64,000 nucleotides of DNA from Paracoccaceae bacterium (GTDB lineage: Bacteria > Pseudomonadota > Alphaproteobacteria > Rhodobacterales > Rhodobacteraceae): positions 1,447 through 65,446 of the forward strand of contig CANGHD010000002.1 in the NCBI GenBank assembly GCA_947453525.1, in the 5' to 3' direction. The notes below the pieces were generated by a model. That model was not told the origin of the DNA. It did no database searches and saw only the letters and a program-made list of their open reading frames with translations. A program made the position numbers and the translations under genes. Below, piece after piece: positions 7,451 through 19,324 of this stretch. Every line of letters begins with the position of its first letter. Position 1 is the first letter of the stretch.

Positions 7451-8500
7451 ATGGCCGAGGTCAGGATCCGCGATCTGACGAAATCCTATGGTGCCATGCA
7501 AGTCGTGCACGGGGTCAGCGTCGATATTCAGGACGGTCAGTTCGTCGTGCTGGTGGGTCCCTCGGGCTGTGGCAAATCCACCCTGTTGCGGATGATCGCC
7601 GGGCTGGAAGGGATATCCGGCGGCACGATCTCGATCGGCGACCGCGTGGTGAACAACCTGCCGCCCGCCGAGCGGGACATCGCCATGGTGTTCCAGAACT
7701 ACGCTTTGTATCCGCACAAGACGGTGGGGGCCAACATGGGCTTCCCGCTGAAAATGGCGCGGATGGACAAGGCCGAGATCGACCGCCGCGTGAACCGCGC
7801 CGCCGAGATCCTTGGTCTGACGCCCTACCTCGGCCGCTACCCCCGCGCCATGTCGGGCGGCCAGCGCCAGCGCGTCGCCATGGGCCGCGCCATCGTCCGC
7901 GATCCGCAGGTCTTCCTGTTCGACGAGCCGCTGTCGAACCTTGACGCCAAGCTGCGTGTCCAGATGCGCTCCGAAATCCGCGAATTGCACCAGCGGCTTG
8001 GCACCACCACCGTCTATGTCACCCATGACCAGATCGAGGCGATGACCATGGCCGACCGCATCGTCGTGATGCGCGATGGCAGGATCAGCCAGGTTGGAGC
8101 ACCCCTGGAACTCTACGACCGCCCGACCAATACCTTTGTGGCGGGCTTCATCGGCTCGCCGTCGATGAACCTGATCGACGGCGTCGTGCAGGGCGGAAGG
8201 TTCGTGGCGCGCGGCATCGACCTGCCGTTGCCGCTGGTCTCAGGTGTGGCGGGGGGGCGCAAGATCACCTACGGCATCCGACCCGAGCATCTGAAGCTGG
8301 CTGAAAGCGGCCTGAAAGTCTCGGTTGTCGTGGTCGAACCCACCGGCGCGGAAATCCACCTCGTGGTGCGCGCCGGGGACCTGGAACTGACCGTGGTGGT
8401 GCGCGAACGTCAGGCCTTCGCCCCCGGTCAGACCCTGCATCTTGAGCCCATGCCCGAGATGATTCATCTGTTTGACGAGACCGGAGAGCGCATCGGATGA
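7451..8500 (+). CDS. Sugar ABC transporter ATP-binding protein (MalK/UgpC family)
   Basis: GPSGCGKST Walker A, MSGGQRQRVAMGRA signature, FLFDEPLSNLDAKLR; RBS GGAGG. Confidence 0.96.
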   Translation: MAEVRIRDLTKSYGAMQVVHGVSVDIQDGQFVVLVGPSGCGKSTLLRMIAGLEGISGGTISIGDRVVNNLPPAERDIAMVFQNYALYPHKTVGANMGFPLKMARMDKAEIDRRVNRAAEILGLTPYLGRYPRAMSGGQRQRVAMGRAIVRDPQVFLFDEPLSNLDAKLRVQMRSEIRELHQRLGTTTVYVTHDQIEAMTMADRIVVMRDGRISQVGAPLELYDRPTNTFVAGFIGSPSMNLIDGVVQGGRFVARGIDLPLPLVSGVAGGRKITYGIRPEHLKLAESGLKVSVVVVEPTGAEIHLVVRAGDLELTVVVRERQAFAPGQTLHLEPMPEMIHLFDETGERIG

Positions 8501-9141
8501 CCCGCACGATCCTGTGTTATGGTGACAGCAACACCCATGGCACCAAGCCCATGCCCGACTTGGACGGGGCCGGACGTTTTGGCCACGAGGCGCGCTGGCC
8601 CTCGGTCATGGCAAGCGCCCTTGGCCCGGAGTTCGACGTCATCGCCGAAGGGCACCCCGGCCGCACCACGGTGCACGACGACCCGATGGAGGGCGATTTC
8701 CGCAACGGCGTCCGCATCCTTCCTGCGCTACTTGAAAGCCACAAACCGCTGGATCTGGTGATTGTAAAACTCGGCACCAACGACCTGAAGAACTGCTTCC
8801 ACGTCAGCGCCGCCGACATCGCTTTCTGCCTGGATCGTCTTGTCCGCATGATCCGCGCTTCTGGCGCAGGCCCTGACGGTCAAGCGCCCGACGTGTTTGT
8901 CATAGCCCCGCCGCCGATCCTCGAGACGGGCTGTCTGGCCGAGATGTTCGCCGGCGGTGCCGTGAAATCGCTGGGCCTCGCGACCGCCATAAAAGCCATG
9001 GCCACGCGCCTCAAGGCCGGTTTCTTCGACGCCGGCCAAGTGGTCGCGGTAAGCTCCGTCGACGGCATCCACTACGAGGCGGAAGCCCAGTCCGCTTTGG
9101 GCCTTGCCATGGCAGAGGCGCTGCGCGACCATCTGACCTGA
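8497..9141 (+). CDS. SGNH/GDSL-family hydrolase (esterase)
   Basis: GDSNT block I, GRTT, LGTND block III, DGIH block V; ATGA overlap with the ATPase. Confidence 0.92.
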   Translation: MTRTILCYGDSNTHGTKPMPDLDGAGRFGHEARWPSVMASALGPEFDVIAEGHPGRTTVHDDPMEGDFRNGVRILPALLESHKPLDLVIVKLGTNDLKNCFHVSAADIAFCLDRLVRMIRASGAGPDGQAPDVFVIAPPPILETGCLAEMFAGGAVKSLGLATAIKAMATRLKAGFFDAGQVVAVSSVDGIHYEAEAQSALGLAMAEALRDHLT

Positions 9142-9160
9142 ACGGCCTACCGCTTTCGCC

Positions 9161-9212
9161 TTTCATTTTGGCTCAAATATCCTGCGGGGGTCCGGGGGTG
9201 CAAAACCCCCGG
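9161..9212 (+). repeat. Dispersed intergenic repeat (MITE/REP-like), copy 1
   Basis: TTTCATTTTGGCTCAAATATCCTGCGGGGG is 25/30 identical to 25637-25666, followed by a CCGGGGG..CCCCCGG hairpin. Confidence 0.6.
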
Positions 9213-9242
9213 CGGCTGGCAGGAAAACCTCCGGGAGGAATG

Positions 9243-9710
9243 ATGCTCAAGAACCTCGACAACCGGCTCAATGCCGAAGTGCTCTATGCCCTGCGCGCCA
9301 TGGGCCATGGCGACACGCTGGTGATCGCCGACACCAACTTCCCCTCCGACGCCATCGCGCGCCAGACCGTGCTGGGCGAACTGCTGCGGATGGACAACCT
9401 GACCTGCGCCGAGGCGGTCGAAGCGGTTCTGTCGGTCCTGCCGCTCGACACGTTCGTCGATGACTTCGCCGGCCGCATGGAAGTGGTGGGCGCCCCCGAC
9501 AAGATCGAACCGGTGATGGCCGAGGTTCAGGCCAAGATCAACGCCGCCGAGGGCCGGGTGCGCGAGATGATCTCGATCGAACGGTTCGAGTTCTACGACC
9601 GCGCCAAGGAAGCCTATGCGGTGATCCAGACCGGCGAGCGCCGCTTCTATGGCTGCTTCATCTTCCGCAAGGGCGTGATCCCGCCGGACGCCGTGGGCTC
9701 GGTCCACTAA
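9243..9710 (+). CDS. RbsD/FucU-family sugar mutarotase/pyranase
   Basis: MLKN..L..MGHGD.LVIADTNFP and RFEFYDRAKEAYAVIQTGERRFYG motifs. Confidence 0.93.
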   Translation: MLKNLDNRLNAEVLYALRAMGHGDTLVIADTNFPSDAIARQTVLGELLRMDNLTCAEAVEAVLSVLPLDTFVDDFAGRMEVVGAPDKIEPVMAEVQAKINAAEGRVREMISIERFEFYDRAKEAYAVIQTGERRFYGCFIFRKGVIPPDAVGSVH

Positions 9711-9711
9711 G

Positions 9712-10629
9712 ATGGGGCGCGTCGTCATCCTCGGCGTCTTTGTCGCCGACACCGCCTACCGCGCCCCGCGCCAGCCCAAGATGGGCGAGACGATCCTTGG
9801 CAAAAGCTTCGTGCTCGGGCCGGGCGGCAAAGGCTCCAACCAGGCCGTCGCCGCGGCCATGGCCGGGGCCGAGACGCATTTTGTCAGCCGTTTGGGGCTG
9901 GACCCCTTCGCGGACATGGCCTTGGCCACCTGGGCCAAGGCGGGCGTAACGCCGGCCATCACGCAAGACCCCGGGAGTTACACCGGTGCCGCCTATATCT
10001 TCATTGAAGACAGCACCGGCAACAATGCCATCATCATCTCGCCGGGCGCTGCGGCGGATATTTCCAATGCCGATGTCGACGCCAATGCCGGTCTGATTTC
10101 TGGCGCAAAGGTCTTTGTCACCCAGTTGGAACAGCCGATCCCGGTGGCTGTCCATGCGTTGGCGCTGGCAAGGGCGGCAGGGGTCACCACGATCCTGAAC
10201 CCGGCCCCCGCAGCAGCACTTCCCGAAGGCATGCTGGCGCTGTGCGACTTTGTCACGCCCAACGAGTCCGAGGCCGAGGCGCTGACCGGCCTGCCGGTCA
10301 CCTCGGTGGCCGAGGCCGAGATTGCCGCCAGGGCCCTCATCGCCTTGGGCGCAGGGGCCGCCATCATCACCTTGGGCGACAAGGGTGCCCTGTTCCACGA
10401 CGGCACCCGCACCGTCCATGTCCCGCCCTTCAAGGCGGGTCCGGTGGTGGAAACCACCGGCGCGGGCGATGCCTTCAACGGCGGTTTCGCCGCGGCTCTG
10501 GCCGAGGGGCAAGACCCGGTGGACGCCGTCCGCTTCGGCTCCGCCACCGCGGGGATTTCGGTGACACGTTCCGGCACCGCCCCTTCGATGCCCGCGCGCG
10601 CCGAGATTGAGGCGCTCCTCAAAGCCTGA
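9712..10629 (+). CDS. rbsK: Ribokinase-like PfkB-family sugar kinase
   Basis: GGKGSNQAVAAA, LNPAPA, PNESEA and ETTGAGDAFNG motifs. Substrate not provable from sequence. Confidence 0.85.
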   Translation: MGRVVILGVFVADTAYRAPRQPKMGETILGKSFVLGPGGKGSNQAVAAAMAGAETHFVSRLGLDPFADMALATWAKAGVTPAITQDPGSYTGAAYIFIEDSTGNNAIIISPGAAADISNADVDANAGLISGAKVFVTQLEQPIPVAVHALALARAAGVTTILNPAPAAALPEGMLALCDFVTPNESEAEALTGLPVTSVAEAEIAARALIALGAGAAIITLGDKGALFHDGTRTVHVPPFKAGPVVETTGAGDAFNGGFAAALAEGQDPVDAVRFGSATAGISVTRSGTAPSMPARAEIEALLKA

Positions 10630-10832
10630 CGGCGCCAAGGCAAGTGGCCGGGAAATCTCCCCCGGCCATTTGCCGAGATGAAAATACCCCACAGGGTGCT
10701 GAGCGACCGGAAATCCCCCGGTGGAGGATTTCCGCTAAGAACGCCAGGCCCGTGGCCCGGCCGGCGGGTGTGTCCCCCCTACCGGGCCTGCAGGGCCCAG
10801 TCCGCAGGGCAGTACCCAGCGCTATTCGCCCG

Positions 10833-13800
10833 TCAGTTCCACTGGAAATCGATCGCACTCAACTGTGAGGCAGTGGTCAGCCCGGTCATGTTGATCAGGA
10901 TATCCGCCACCGCATCGCCGTTCACGTCGATCTGCACCTGTGCTCCCACGACACGGGCTTCCGAATTGTCCAGCCCGCCCGTGAAGGCCCCGGCTCCCAC
11001 GTAAGCAAAGGTACCGACCAGAAGCCCGTGCAACTCCAGCACGTCGTTCTGACCCGCGCCGCCGACCAAAGCGTTGAAGTCAGTGATGGTGTCCGTGCCG
11101 TTTCCGGTGGCCGTCGTGAAGATGAAGTGATCCGCCCCCGCGCCACCGGTCAGTGTATCCGCCCCCGCGTTGCCCGTCAGCCGGTCATCCCCGCCAAGTC
11201 CGGACAACCTGTTGGCCCCGCTGTTGCCGGTCAGCACGTTGCTCAGACCGTTGCCGGTGCCGTTGATGGCCAGAGTGCCCGAGAGGATCAGGTTCTCGAC
11301 ATTGGCCGCCAGCGTCAGGCTGACGGAACTGGTGACCGTATCGGTGCCCTCGCCCGCATTCTCGACCACGACGTCGGTGACCACGTTGACGACATAGCTG
11401 TCATCACCACCGCCGCCGACCATGCTGTCATCGCCCAGACCGCCGATCAGACTGTCATTGCCCAGACCGCCATAGAGCGTGTCATTGCCGTTGTTGCCCG
11501 TCAGAACGTTGTTGGCACCATTGCCGGTCAGGATGTTGGCCGAGGCGTTGCCGGTCGCGTCAATGGCCAGGACGCCACTCAGGGTCAGGTTCTCGACATT
11601 GGCGGTCAGGACATAGCTGACCGAGGCCTGGACCGAGTCGGTGCCCTCACCGATGGCTTCGGTGATGACATCGGTCGCGGCATCGACTGCATAGGTGTCA
11701 TCGCCCACCCCGCCCGACATCGTATCGACCCCGGCCCCGCCATCCAGCGAGTCGTTGCCGGCCTCGCCCGACAGCACGTCGGCGCTCAGACCGCCAAACA
11801 GCGAGTCGTCGCCGGCACCTCCGTTCAGCGTGTCGATGCCCGCCAGACCGTTCAACACGTTGTTGCCCGCATTGCCGGTCAAGAGGTTGGCAAGTTCGTT
11901 GCCGGTGCCGGTCAGGTTGGTCAGACCGTCAAGCGTCAGGTTTTCCAGATTGCTGCCCAGTGTCCAGTTGATCGCGGCAAGCACGAGGTCGGTGCCGCTG
12001 CCAAGGGCCGCGTCCTCGACCAGCGTGTCTCCAAGGCTGTCGACATCGTAGGTGTCGTTGCCCAGACCCCCGATCAGGCTGTCGTCCCCGGTGCCGCCGT
12101 CCAGCGTGTCGGCCCCGGCGCCGCCGTCGATCGTGTCATTGCCGCCCATCCCAGCCAGGAGGTTGACCCCGGCATTGCCGGTCATGCGGTTGGCAAGGGC
12201 GGAACCGGTGCCATTCAAGGCCGCCGCGCCGCCAAGCACCAGCGCCTCGAGAGTGTCGGTCAGGGTGAAGGTGAAGCCCACCACGTTGACCGTATCATAA
12301 CCCTGACCCGCCACTTCGACCACGGTATCTCCGGCGCTGTCGAGGAAATAGGTGTCGTCCCCCGTCCCGCCGACCAGACTGTCATCATCCGCCCCACCGA
12401 TCAGCGTGTCATTGCCGGCGCCGCCGTTCAGCGTGTCATTGCCCGCAGCACCATCCAGGAGGTTGTCCAAAAGGTTGCCGGTCAGCGTGTTGGCACCCGC
12501 CCCACCCGTGCCCGTCAGGGCCGCACCGGTCAGGTTCAGGTTCTCCACATTGGCCGACAGCGTGAAGTTGACCGAGGCATAGACCGTGTCGGTGCCGCCG
12601 GTCAGGAACTCGTTCACATTGTCGTTGACCGAGTCGACGTAGTAGGTGTCGTTGTCGGCACCGCCGTCCATCGTGTCGGACCCCGCGCCGCCATCAAGCG
12701 TGTCATTCCCCGCACCCCCGACAAGCCAGTCGTCGCCCAAGCCGCCATAGAGTCCGTTGCTGCTGCCGTTGCCTGTCAGGACGTTGGCCGCATCGGTGCC
12801 GTTGCCGACCAGATCGGCGGTGCCGGTCATCAGCAAATTCTCGACATTGGCAAACAGCGAGATGTTGGAGGAGGTGACCATCGTATCGGTCCCGCCGCCG
12901 GACGCCTCGACCACGACGTCGCTGGCCGAGTCGATGATGAAGGTGTCGTTGCCGGCGCCGCCGACCAGACTGTCATTGCCCGCCCCGCCGTCCAGCGTGT
13001 CCGCGCCGAAGCCGCCGTAGAGGGTGTCGTTGCCCATAAGCCCATACAGCGTGTTGTTGCCGGTATTGCCGGTGATGATGTTGGCCAGTTCGTTGCCGGT
13101 GCCGTCGGTCGAACTGGAGCCGGTCAGCAGCAGGTTCTCGATGTTGCTGGCCAGGGTCCAGGAGAGGCTGGCATTGACCTGATCCGTGCCCCCGTTCAGC
13201 GCCTCAACCGTCTGGTCGCCCACCATGTTGACGACGAAGATATCGTTGCCAGCCCCGCCGGTGAGCAAATCGATGCCCGTGCCGCCGTCGAGCGAGTCGT
13301 TGCCGTCTCCGCCATAAAGACTGTCCGCCCCCTCCAGACCGAGTAGGATATTGGCCCCGGCATTGCCGGTCAGCACGTTGTCACTGATGTTGCCGGTGCC
13401 GTTCAGCGCGGCGTTGCCGGTCAGGGTCAGGTTTTCGACATTGAGCCACAGGGCCTTGGTCAAGGACGAGATCACCGTGTCGGTGCCGTCGTTCAAATCC
13501 TCCGAAACCGTGTCGGTGGTCATGTCAATGGAGTAAGTGTCGTCGCCCGCCCCGCCCAGCATCGAGTCCGCCCCGGCGCCGCCGTCGATCGTATCGTTGC
13601 CGCCGCCGCCATAGATCGTGTCGGCGCCTTCGTTGCCGCTCAAGATGTTTGCGGCGCCATTGCCCCAGATCGAGTTGTTCAGCGTGTTGCCGGTGCCGTT
13701 GATGGCCCCCATGTCGGTCAGGGCAAGGTTCTCGATATTGGCGTAGGTCACCAGCGAGAGGGTCAGGTTGGTCTGGATCGTGTCGGTGCCTTCGAGGGCC

Positions 13801-16800
13801 TTTTCCACGACGACATCGGTCAGGCTGTCGACGACATAGACGTCGTTGCCGATCCCGCCGGTCATGCTGTCGTTGCCCGTGCCGCCATCCAGCGTGTCAT
13901 CGCCGCTGAGACCGATCAGTGTGTCGTTGCCTGCCAGACCCGCCAGCAGGTTGTCGCCCGCATCGGGCAGCAGACCGCCGCCTACGGAGTTTCCCGTGAT
14001 GACATTGTTCAACTCGTTGCCGGTCGCCGAGACGCCGAGGATACCGGTCAGCGTGATGTTCTCGAAATTGGCACCCAGCGTCCAGTCGATGTTGCTTTGC
14101 ACCAGATCTGTGCCCTGGCCCGCGCTCTCCGTGACCGAGTCATTCGCGCTGTCGACGACATAGGTGTCGTTGCCCAAGCCACCATAAAGCGTGTCGCCGG
14201 GCGCATCGGCGGCCGTGGCGCCGCCTCCCGAAAGCGAGTCATTGCCCGCGCCGCCATAGATCAGGTTGCCGGAGTCATTGCCGACAAGGGTGTCGTTGTA
14301 GCCAGAGCCTGTCAGATTTTCGATTCCGGTGACATTGTCGCCCGCCGCCTCGCCGCCATAACCAAAGCCGTTGAGGTTGAGGTCCATGATGACCCCCGAG
14401 GTCGAGCTGGCATAGGACAGCATGTCATTGCCGCCGCCGCCGTCGATGGAATCGGCCCCCGCGCCACCGATGAAGACGTTGTCAAAATTGTCGCCCGTCA
14501 GGCTGTCCCCCTGGCCCGAGCCGGTGAGGTTCTCGATCCCGGTGAAGACATCGCCCGCCGCATCCCCGCTCGAGGCCGTACCCAAGGCCAGATTGATCAC
14601 GACGCCGGTGGTCGAGGTGGTGTAATCCAGCGTATCATTGCCGCCGCCGCCGTAGATCGTGTCTGCCCCCGCCCCGCCGCGGAAGATGTTGTCCCCGGAC
14701 GAACCTGTCAGCAGGTCATTGTAAGCGCCGGTCGCAATGTTCTCGACCGAGGTGACGGTGTCGGTGCCTTCGGAACTGGACGAGAAGGTTCCGGTTGCGA
14801 GGTTGGCCGTGATGGCTGAGGTCGCTGCACTCAGGTCATAGGTGTCGTTGCCATTGCCGCCGCTGATGATGTCGTTGCCGGTGCCGCCGATCAGCCAGTC
14901 GTTGCCGTCGCCGCCATAAAGACTGTCGGCCCCAACGCCACCGGTCAGCGTGTTGTCGTTGGTGTCGCCGGTGATGTTGTCTGCGCCGGTCGTGCCGATG
15001 ATGTTCTCGATCTGGGTCAAGGTATCGCCTGCGGCGTCACCGCCACTGGCGGTGCCGGCCAGCAGATTGACCGTGATGGCACTGGCTGAGGCAGAATAAT
15101 CCGCCGTGTCGCTGCCATCGCCACCGTTCAGCACGTCATTGCCCGCGCCGCCGATCAGCGTGTCGTTCTCGGTTCCGCCATAGATGCTGTCATTGCCCGC
15201 CGCACCCGACAGCAGGTCCGCCCCGCCATTGCCGCCCAGCACGTTGTTGGACCCGTCGCCGGTGATACCGTCGGCAAAGCCCGTGCCATAGACACCCTCG
15301 ATATTGGTCAGCACGTCGCCGACCGCATCGCCGCCCAGGCCCGAACCCGAGCCCACCGTGATCGTGATGGCGCTGGTCGATCCGGAATAGTCGACCGTAT
15401 CGGTTCCCGCACCGCCATCAATCGTGTCGGCCCCCGCCCCGCCGTTCAGGTTGTCGTCGCCGTTGCCGCCATACAGGTAGTTGGCATTGGCATCGCCGCC
15501 GAGGCTGTCGTTGTAGGCCGAGCCGGTCAGGCCCTCGATATTGGTCAGAACGTCGCCCACCGCGTCGCCGCCGGTGCCCGAGCCGCCGCCGATGGTGACA
15601 GAAACAGCGGAGGCCGAGGTGGAATAATCCACCGTGTCGATGCCAGTGCCGCCGTCAATGGTGTCCGCGCCCACACCGCCCGCAAGGCTGTCGTTGCCGA
15701 TGCCGCCATAGAGCGCGTTGTTGCCCGCATCGCCGGACAGGGTGTCGTTGTAGGCCGAACCGATCAGGATCTCGGCATTGCTGACAAGGTCGCCCGCCGC
15801 ATCGCCGCCTACACCGGCGCTACCGCCGATGGTGATGTTGACCGCAGCGCCCGAGGCCGAGTAGTCAACCGTGTCCACCCCCGCGCCGCCGTCCAGAACG
15901 TCATTGCCGGCAGCCCCGATCAGCGTGTCGTTCTCGGTCCCGCCATACAGGCTGTCATTGCCCGCGCCGCCGTTCAGGCTGTCTCCCAAGGCGCCGCCGT
16001 AAAGTTGGTTGTTGGCGGCGTCGCCACCCAGAGTGTCGGCATAGCCGGTCCCGATCACATATTCGACCGTGGTCAGGACGTCGCCCGCAGCATCGCCGCC
16101 CAGGCCCGACCCCGTGCCGATGGTGATGTTGATCCCGGCAGCGGACGCGGAGTAATCGACCGTGTCATTGCCGGCCCCGCCATCGATCGTATCGGCCCCG
16201 CCAAGCCCGCGAAGTGTGTCGTCGCCAGTGCCGCCCGACAGAATGTTGGCCGCCGCATCGCCCGCCAGCGTGTCGTTCTGCGCCGAACCCGTCACGCCCT
16301 CGACGTTGGTGACACTGTCGCCCGCCGCATCGCCGCCGCTATAGGCGCCGCCGATGGTCACGTTGACCGCCGCTGTGGAGGTGGCATAGCTGACCACGTC
16401 CAGCGTCCCGGTGCCGCCGTCGATCGTATCAGCCCCCGCGCCACCAGCGATGCTGTCGTTGCCGCTGCCGCCCAGCAGCTGGTTGGCGCCGCCGTCGCCG
16501 GTCAGCGTGTCATTGTTGGCCGAGCCGGTCAGGTTCTCGACATTGGTCAGCACATCGCCCGCGGCATCACCGCCGGTGTTGGGGGCGCCGTTGACCGCGA
16601 CGTTTACGGCGACGCTGGAGGCCGAATAGTCGACCGTGTCATTGCCAGCACCACCGTCGATCGTGTCGGCCCCGGCCAGACCTTTCAGCAGGTCATCGCC
16701 CGCAGCGCCCGACAGTACGTTCGCCCCGGTGTCGCCGGTCAGGCTGTCGTTGAAGGCCGAACCTGTCAGGTTCTCGACGGTGGTCAGCACGTCTCCCTGG

Positions 16801-18554
16801 GCATCGCCGCCGGTGTTGGCATTGCCGTTGACGGTGACGTTCACCGCAGTGCCCGAGGCCGAGTAATCCACCGTATCGTTGCCTGCACCCCCGTCGATCG
16901 TGTCAGCGCCGGACAGACCCTTCAGCAGATCATCGCCCGCAGCGCCCGACAGCACGTTCGCGCCGGTGTCGCCGGTCAGCGTGTCGTTCAAGGCCGAGCC
17001 GGTCAGGTTCTCGACGTTGGTCAGCACGTCCCCCGCCGCGTCGCCGCCGGTGTTGGTGGCGCCGTTGACCGTGGCGTTCACCGCCACGCTCGACCCCGTG
17101 TAGTCCACTGTGTCATTGCCCGCGCCACCGTCAATCGTGTCGGCCCCGGCCAGACCCTTCAGCAGATCATCGCCCGCAGCGCCCGACATCACATTGGCCC
17201 CGGTATCGCCCGTAAGCGTGTCATTGTTGGCCGAGCCGGTCAGGTTCTCGACGTTGCTCAGCACATCTCCCGCCGCATCGCCGCCGGTGTTGGAGGCGCC
17301 GTTGACGGTGACGTTCACCGCCAAGCTCGACCCCGTGTAATCGACCGTATCGTTGCCCGCGCCGCCGTCAATCGTATCGGCCCCGGCGAGACCCTTCAGA
17401 AGATCGTCACCCCCAGCACCCGACAGTACGTTGGCCCCGATGTCCCCCGTCAGCGAGTCGTTGAACGCCGAACCGGTCAGGAACTCGACGTTGGTCAGCA
17501 CATCGCCCGCCGCGTCGCCGCCAGAGTTGGAGGCGCCGTTGACCGTGACGTTCACTGCGGCGCTGGAGGCGGAGTAATCCACCGTGTCATTGCCCGAGCC
17601 GCCATCGATCACGTCGTTGCCAGTGCCACCGACCAACGTGTCATTGCCGGTCCCGCCGCTGATGCTGTCGTTGCCCGTCCCGCCCGACAGGACGTTGTTG
17701 CCCGAATCTCCGGTAAGCGTGTCATTGTTGGCCGAACCGATCAGGTTCTCGACCGTGGTCAGCACGTCGCCCGCCGCGTCGCCGCCAGTGTTGGAGTTTC
17801 CGTTTACAGTGACGTTCACGGCCGTGGCTGAGGTCGCGTAATCGACCGTGTCATTGCCTGCGCCGCCGTCGATGATATCGTTGCCCGACCCACCCGTCAG
17901 CGTGTCATCGCCGCCTGCGCCCGACAGGCTGTCGTTGCCGGCTGCGCCTTTCAGCCAGTTGGCATTGGCGTCGCCCGCCAGCGTGTCGTTCAACGCCGAA
18001 CCGATCACCCCTTCGACCGACAGTGCCACGATCACATCCGTTGCCGCATCGCCGCCCGAGTTGCTGCCGGCAAGGTTGATCGAAACCGCCGCGCCCGATG
18101 CGGTGTAATCCACCCAGTCAAAGCCCGCGCCGCCATCGATGCTGTCGCTGCTGCCGCCGCCGATCAGCGTATCATTTCCCGCGCCGCCGAGCAGCGTGTC
18201 ATTGCCCAGACCACCGCTCAGCAGGTTGTCAAATCCGTCGCCCGTCAGCATGTCGGCAGAGCCCGACCCGAGGATCGCCTCGACCGTGCCCAGCGTGATC
18301 ACATCGCCCGCCGCATCGCCGCCCGAGCCCACGCCGGTCGCAAGGTTCACCGTCACCGCCGAACCCGAAGCCGAATAATCGACCCAGTCGAACCCGACTC
18401 CGCCATCCATCGAGTCGCTGCCGGTACCGCCCTGCAGCGTGTCGTCGCCCGCCCCGCCATAGAGAGTGTCGTTGCCCGCCAGCCCCTGCAGCAGATCATT
18501 GCCAGTCAACCCTGTCAGGGTGTCATTGCCCGTACCACCGGTATATGTCGTCAT
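10833..18554 (-). CDS. Large RTX-like (hemolysin-type Ca-binding repeat) protein, probable T1SS substrate/adhesin
   Basis: 2573 aa of GGxGxDxLx nonapeptides with recurring [15 protein letters not shown] modules; no Sec signal; C-terminal DTITDF..D.NGD..AD..I region. Confidence 0.92.
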   Translation of the reverse strand: MTTYTGGTGNDTLTGLTGNDLLQGLAGNDTLYGGAGDDTLQGGTGSDSMDGGVGFDWVDYSASGSAVTVNLATGVGSGGDAAGDVITLGTVEAILGSGSADMLTGDGFDNLLSGGLGNDTLLGGAGNDTLIGGGSSDSIDGGAGFDWVDYTASGAAVSINLAGSNSGGDAATDVIVALSVEGVIGSALNDTLAGDANANWLKGAAGNDSLSGAGGDDTLTGGSGNDIIDGGAGNDTVDYATSATAVNVTVNGNSNTGGDAAGDVLTTVENLIGSANNDTLTGDSGNNVLSGGTGNDSISGGTGNDTLVGGTGNDVIDGGSGNDTVDYSASSAAVNVTVNGASNSGGDAAGDVLTNVEFLTGSAFNDSLTGDIGANVLSGAGGDDLLKGLAGADTIDGGAGNDTVDYTGSSLAVNVTVNGASNTGGDAAGDVLSNVENLTGSANNDTLTGDTGANVMSGAAGDDLLKGLAGADTIDGGAGNDTVDYTGSSVAVNATVNGATNTGGDAAGDVLTNVENLTGSALNDTLTGDTGANVLSGAAGDDLLKGLSGADTIDGGAGNDTVDYSASGTAVNVTVNGNANTGGDAQGDVLTTVENLTGSAFNDSLTGDTGANVLSGAAGDDLLKGLAGADTIDGGAGNDTVDYSASSVAVNVAVNGAPNTGGDAAGDVLTNVENLTGSANNDTLTGDGGANQLLGGSGNDSIAGGAGADTIDGGTGTLDVVSYATSTAAVNVTIGGAYSGGDAAGDSVTNVEGVTGSAQNDTLAGDAAANILSGGTGDDTLRGLGGADTIDGGAGNDTVDYSASAAGINITIGTGSGLGGDAAGDVLTTVEYVIGTGYADTLGGDAANNQLYGGALGDSLNGGAGNDSLYGGTENDTLIGAAGNDVLDGGAGVDTVDYSASGAAVNITIGGSAGVGGDAAGDLVSNAEILIGSAYNDTLSGDAGNNALYGGIGNDSLAGGVGADTIDGGTGIDTVDYSTSASAVSVTIGGGSGTGGDAVGDVLTNIEGLTGSAYNDSLGGDANANYLYGGNGDDNLNGGAGADTIDGGAGTDTVDYSGSTSAITITVGSGSGLGGDAVGDVLTNIEGVYGTGFADGITGDGSNNVLGGNGGADLLSGAAGNDSIYGGTENDTLIGGAGNDVLNGGDGSDTADYSASASAITVNLLAGTASGGDAAGDTLTQIENIIGTTGADNITGDTNDNTLTGGVGADSLYGGDGNDWLIGGTGNDIISGGNGNDTYDLSAATSAITANLATGTFSSSSEGTDTVTSVENIATGAYNDLLTGSSGDNIFRGGAGADTIYGGGGNDTLDYTTSTTGVVINLALGTASSGDAAGDVFTGIENLTGSGQGDSLTGDNFDNVFIGGAGADSIDGGGGNDMLSYASSTSGVIMDLNLNGFGYGGEAAGDNVTGIENLTGSGYNDTLVGNDSGNLIYGGAGNDSLSGGGATAADAPGDTLYGGLGNDTYVVDSANDSVTESAGQGTDLVQSNIDWTLGANFENITLTGILGVSATGNELNNVITGNSVGGGLLPDAGDNLLAGLAGNDTLIGLSGDDTLDGGTGNDSMTGGIGNDVYVVDSLTDVVVEKALEGTDTIQTNLTLSLVTYANIENLALTDMGAINGTGNTLNNSIWGNGAANILSGNEGADTIYGGGGNDTIDGGAGADSMLGGAGDDTYSIDMTTDTVSEDLNDGTDTVISSLTKALWLNVENLTLTGNAALNGTGNISDNVLTGNAGANILLGLEGADSLYGGDGNDSLDGGTGIDLLTGGAGNDIFVVNMVGDQTVEALNGGTDQVNASLSWTLASNIENLLLTGSSSTDGTGNELANIITGNTGNNTLYGLMGNDTLYGGFGADTLDGGAGNDSLVGGAGNDTFIIDSASDVVVEASGGGTDTMVTSSNISLFANVENLLMTGTADLVGNGTDAANVLTGNGSSNGLYGGLGDDWLVGGAGNDTLDGGAGSDTMDGGADNDTYYVDSVNDNVNEFLTGGTDTVYASVNFTLSANVENLNLTGAALTGTGGAGANTLTGNLLDNLLDGAAGNDTLNGGAGNDTLIGGADDDSLVGGTGDDTYFLDSAGDTVVEVAGQGYDTVNVVGFTFTLTDTLEALVLGGAAALNGTGSALANRMTGNAGVNLLAGMGGNDTIDGGAGADTLDGGTGDDSLIGGLGNDTYDVDSLGDTLVEDAALGSGTDLVLAAINWTLGSNLENLTLDGLTNLTGTGNELANLLTGNAGNNVLNGLAGIDTLNGGAGDDSLFGGLSADVLSGEAGNDSLDGGAGVDTMSGGVGDDTYAVDAATDVITEAIGEGTDSVQASVSYVLTANVENLTLSGVLAIDATGNASANILTGNGANNVLTGNNGNDTLYGGLGNDSLIGGLGDDSMVGGGGDDSYVVNVVTDVVVENAGEGTDTVTSSVSLTLAANVENLILSGTLAINGTGNGLSNVLTGNSGANRLSGLGGDDRLTGNAGADTLTGGAGADHFIFTTATGNGTDTITDFNALVGGAGQNDVLELHGLLVGTFAYVGAGAFTGGLDNSEARVVGAQVQIDVNGDAVADILINMTGLTTASQLSAIDFQWN
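16500..17447 (-). repeat. Four tandem 237-bp (79-aa) near-identical units inside the RTX gene
   Basis: GD(T/I)GANV(L/M)SGA(A/G)GDDLLKGL(A/S)[16 protein letters not shown]...[10 protein letters not shown](T/S)LT occurs four times in tandem. Confidence 0.9.
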
Positions 18555-18871
18555 TGCAATTCTCCAATTTTGGGGCTCCGGCAGGCGCCGGACACAGAAA
18601 TTCGGAGTCCTGCCTAAACTCGCGTTTGGGCGGAAATTGGACGGGCCTTTGGTGAATTCGAAACAACTGCGACCAGATTATGGCGCGTGGCCACATTTAT
18701 CGTGCCACGGGCTGCGGGAAACTGCCGTAAAAGCAGCCAGCCCGCGTGCCCGTATGCCGCCCGTTTGGCATCGCCGGGGCCCTGCCGCCGTAAGCCGACA
18801 AGGGCAGAAATCTGCCGCCAAACGATGCTTGGCGCGTTGATTCTCCGGTGGCTTCCGTCTAGGTCTGAGGC

Positions 18872-19324
18872 ATGATCACGCAAAAGATGAAATATGCACT
18901 GAAGGCTCTGCTGACCCTGGCGGATGAAGCGGCCATGCCCGCGCCGCAAGCTTTGACGATCGAGGAGATCGCCAAGCGGTCTGGCGCGCCCAAGCGATTT
19001 CTGGAACATATCCTGCTGGAAATCCGCAACGCGGGGATCATCGCCTCGACCCGGGGGCGGTCGGGCGGCTATCAGTTGATCAAGGCTCCGGAAACCGTCT
19101 CGATCTCGGAGTTGTTGCGGATGATCGACGGGCCGATTGCGCCCCTGCCATGCCTGTCGCGGCGGGCCTACCAACGTTGCGAAGATTGTGTCGACGAGGA
19201 AAGCTGCCGCATCCGCAAAGTCTTTGCCGACGTGTTCTGGTCCTACCTTGTGCTGATCGAAAGCCTGACCCTGCGCGATGTGCAGAGGTCCGTCGACGTG
19301 CAGGGGGCCGTTCTGGGGCGCTGA
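18872..19324 (+). CDS. Rrf2-family transcriptional regulator
   Basis: KYALKAL, IEEIA, FLEHILLEIRNAGIIASTRGRSGGYQL; Cys cluster CLSRRAYQRCEDCVDEESC. Confidence 0.93.
   Translation: MITQKMKYALKALLTLADEAAMPAPQALTIEEIAKRSGAPKRFLEHILLEIRNAGIIASTRGRSGGYQLIKAPETVSISELLRMIDGPIAPLPCLSRRAYQRCEDCVDEESCRIRKVFADVFWSYLVLIESLTLRDVQRSVDVQGAVLGR

Noticed and set aside
16500-17447. Possible CRISPR or non-coding repeat array
   Set aside because: Units are 237-bp in-frame coding repeats without unique spacers; no cas genes in the window.
11028-17831. Long plus-strand ORFs and many short repeated MSLPAPPS ORFs
   Set aside because: Antisense translations of the RTX repeats; their periodicity mirrors the coding repeat.
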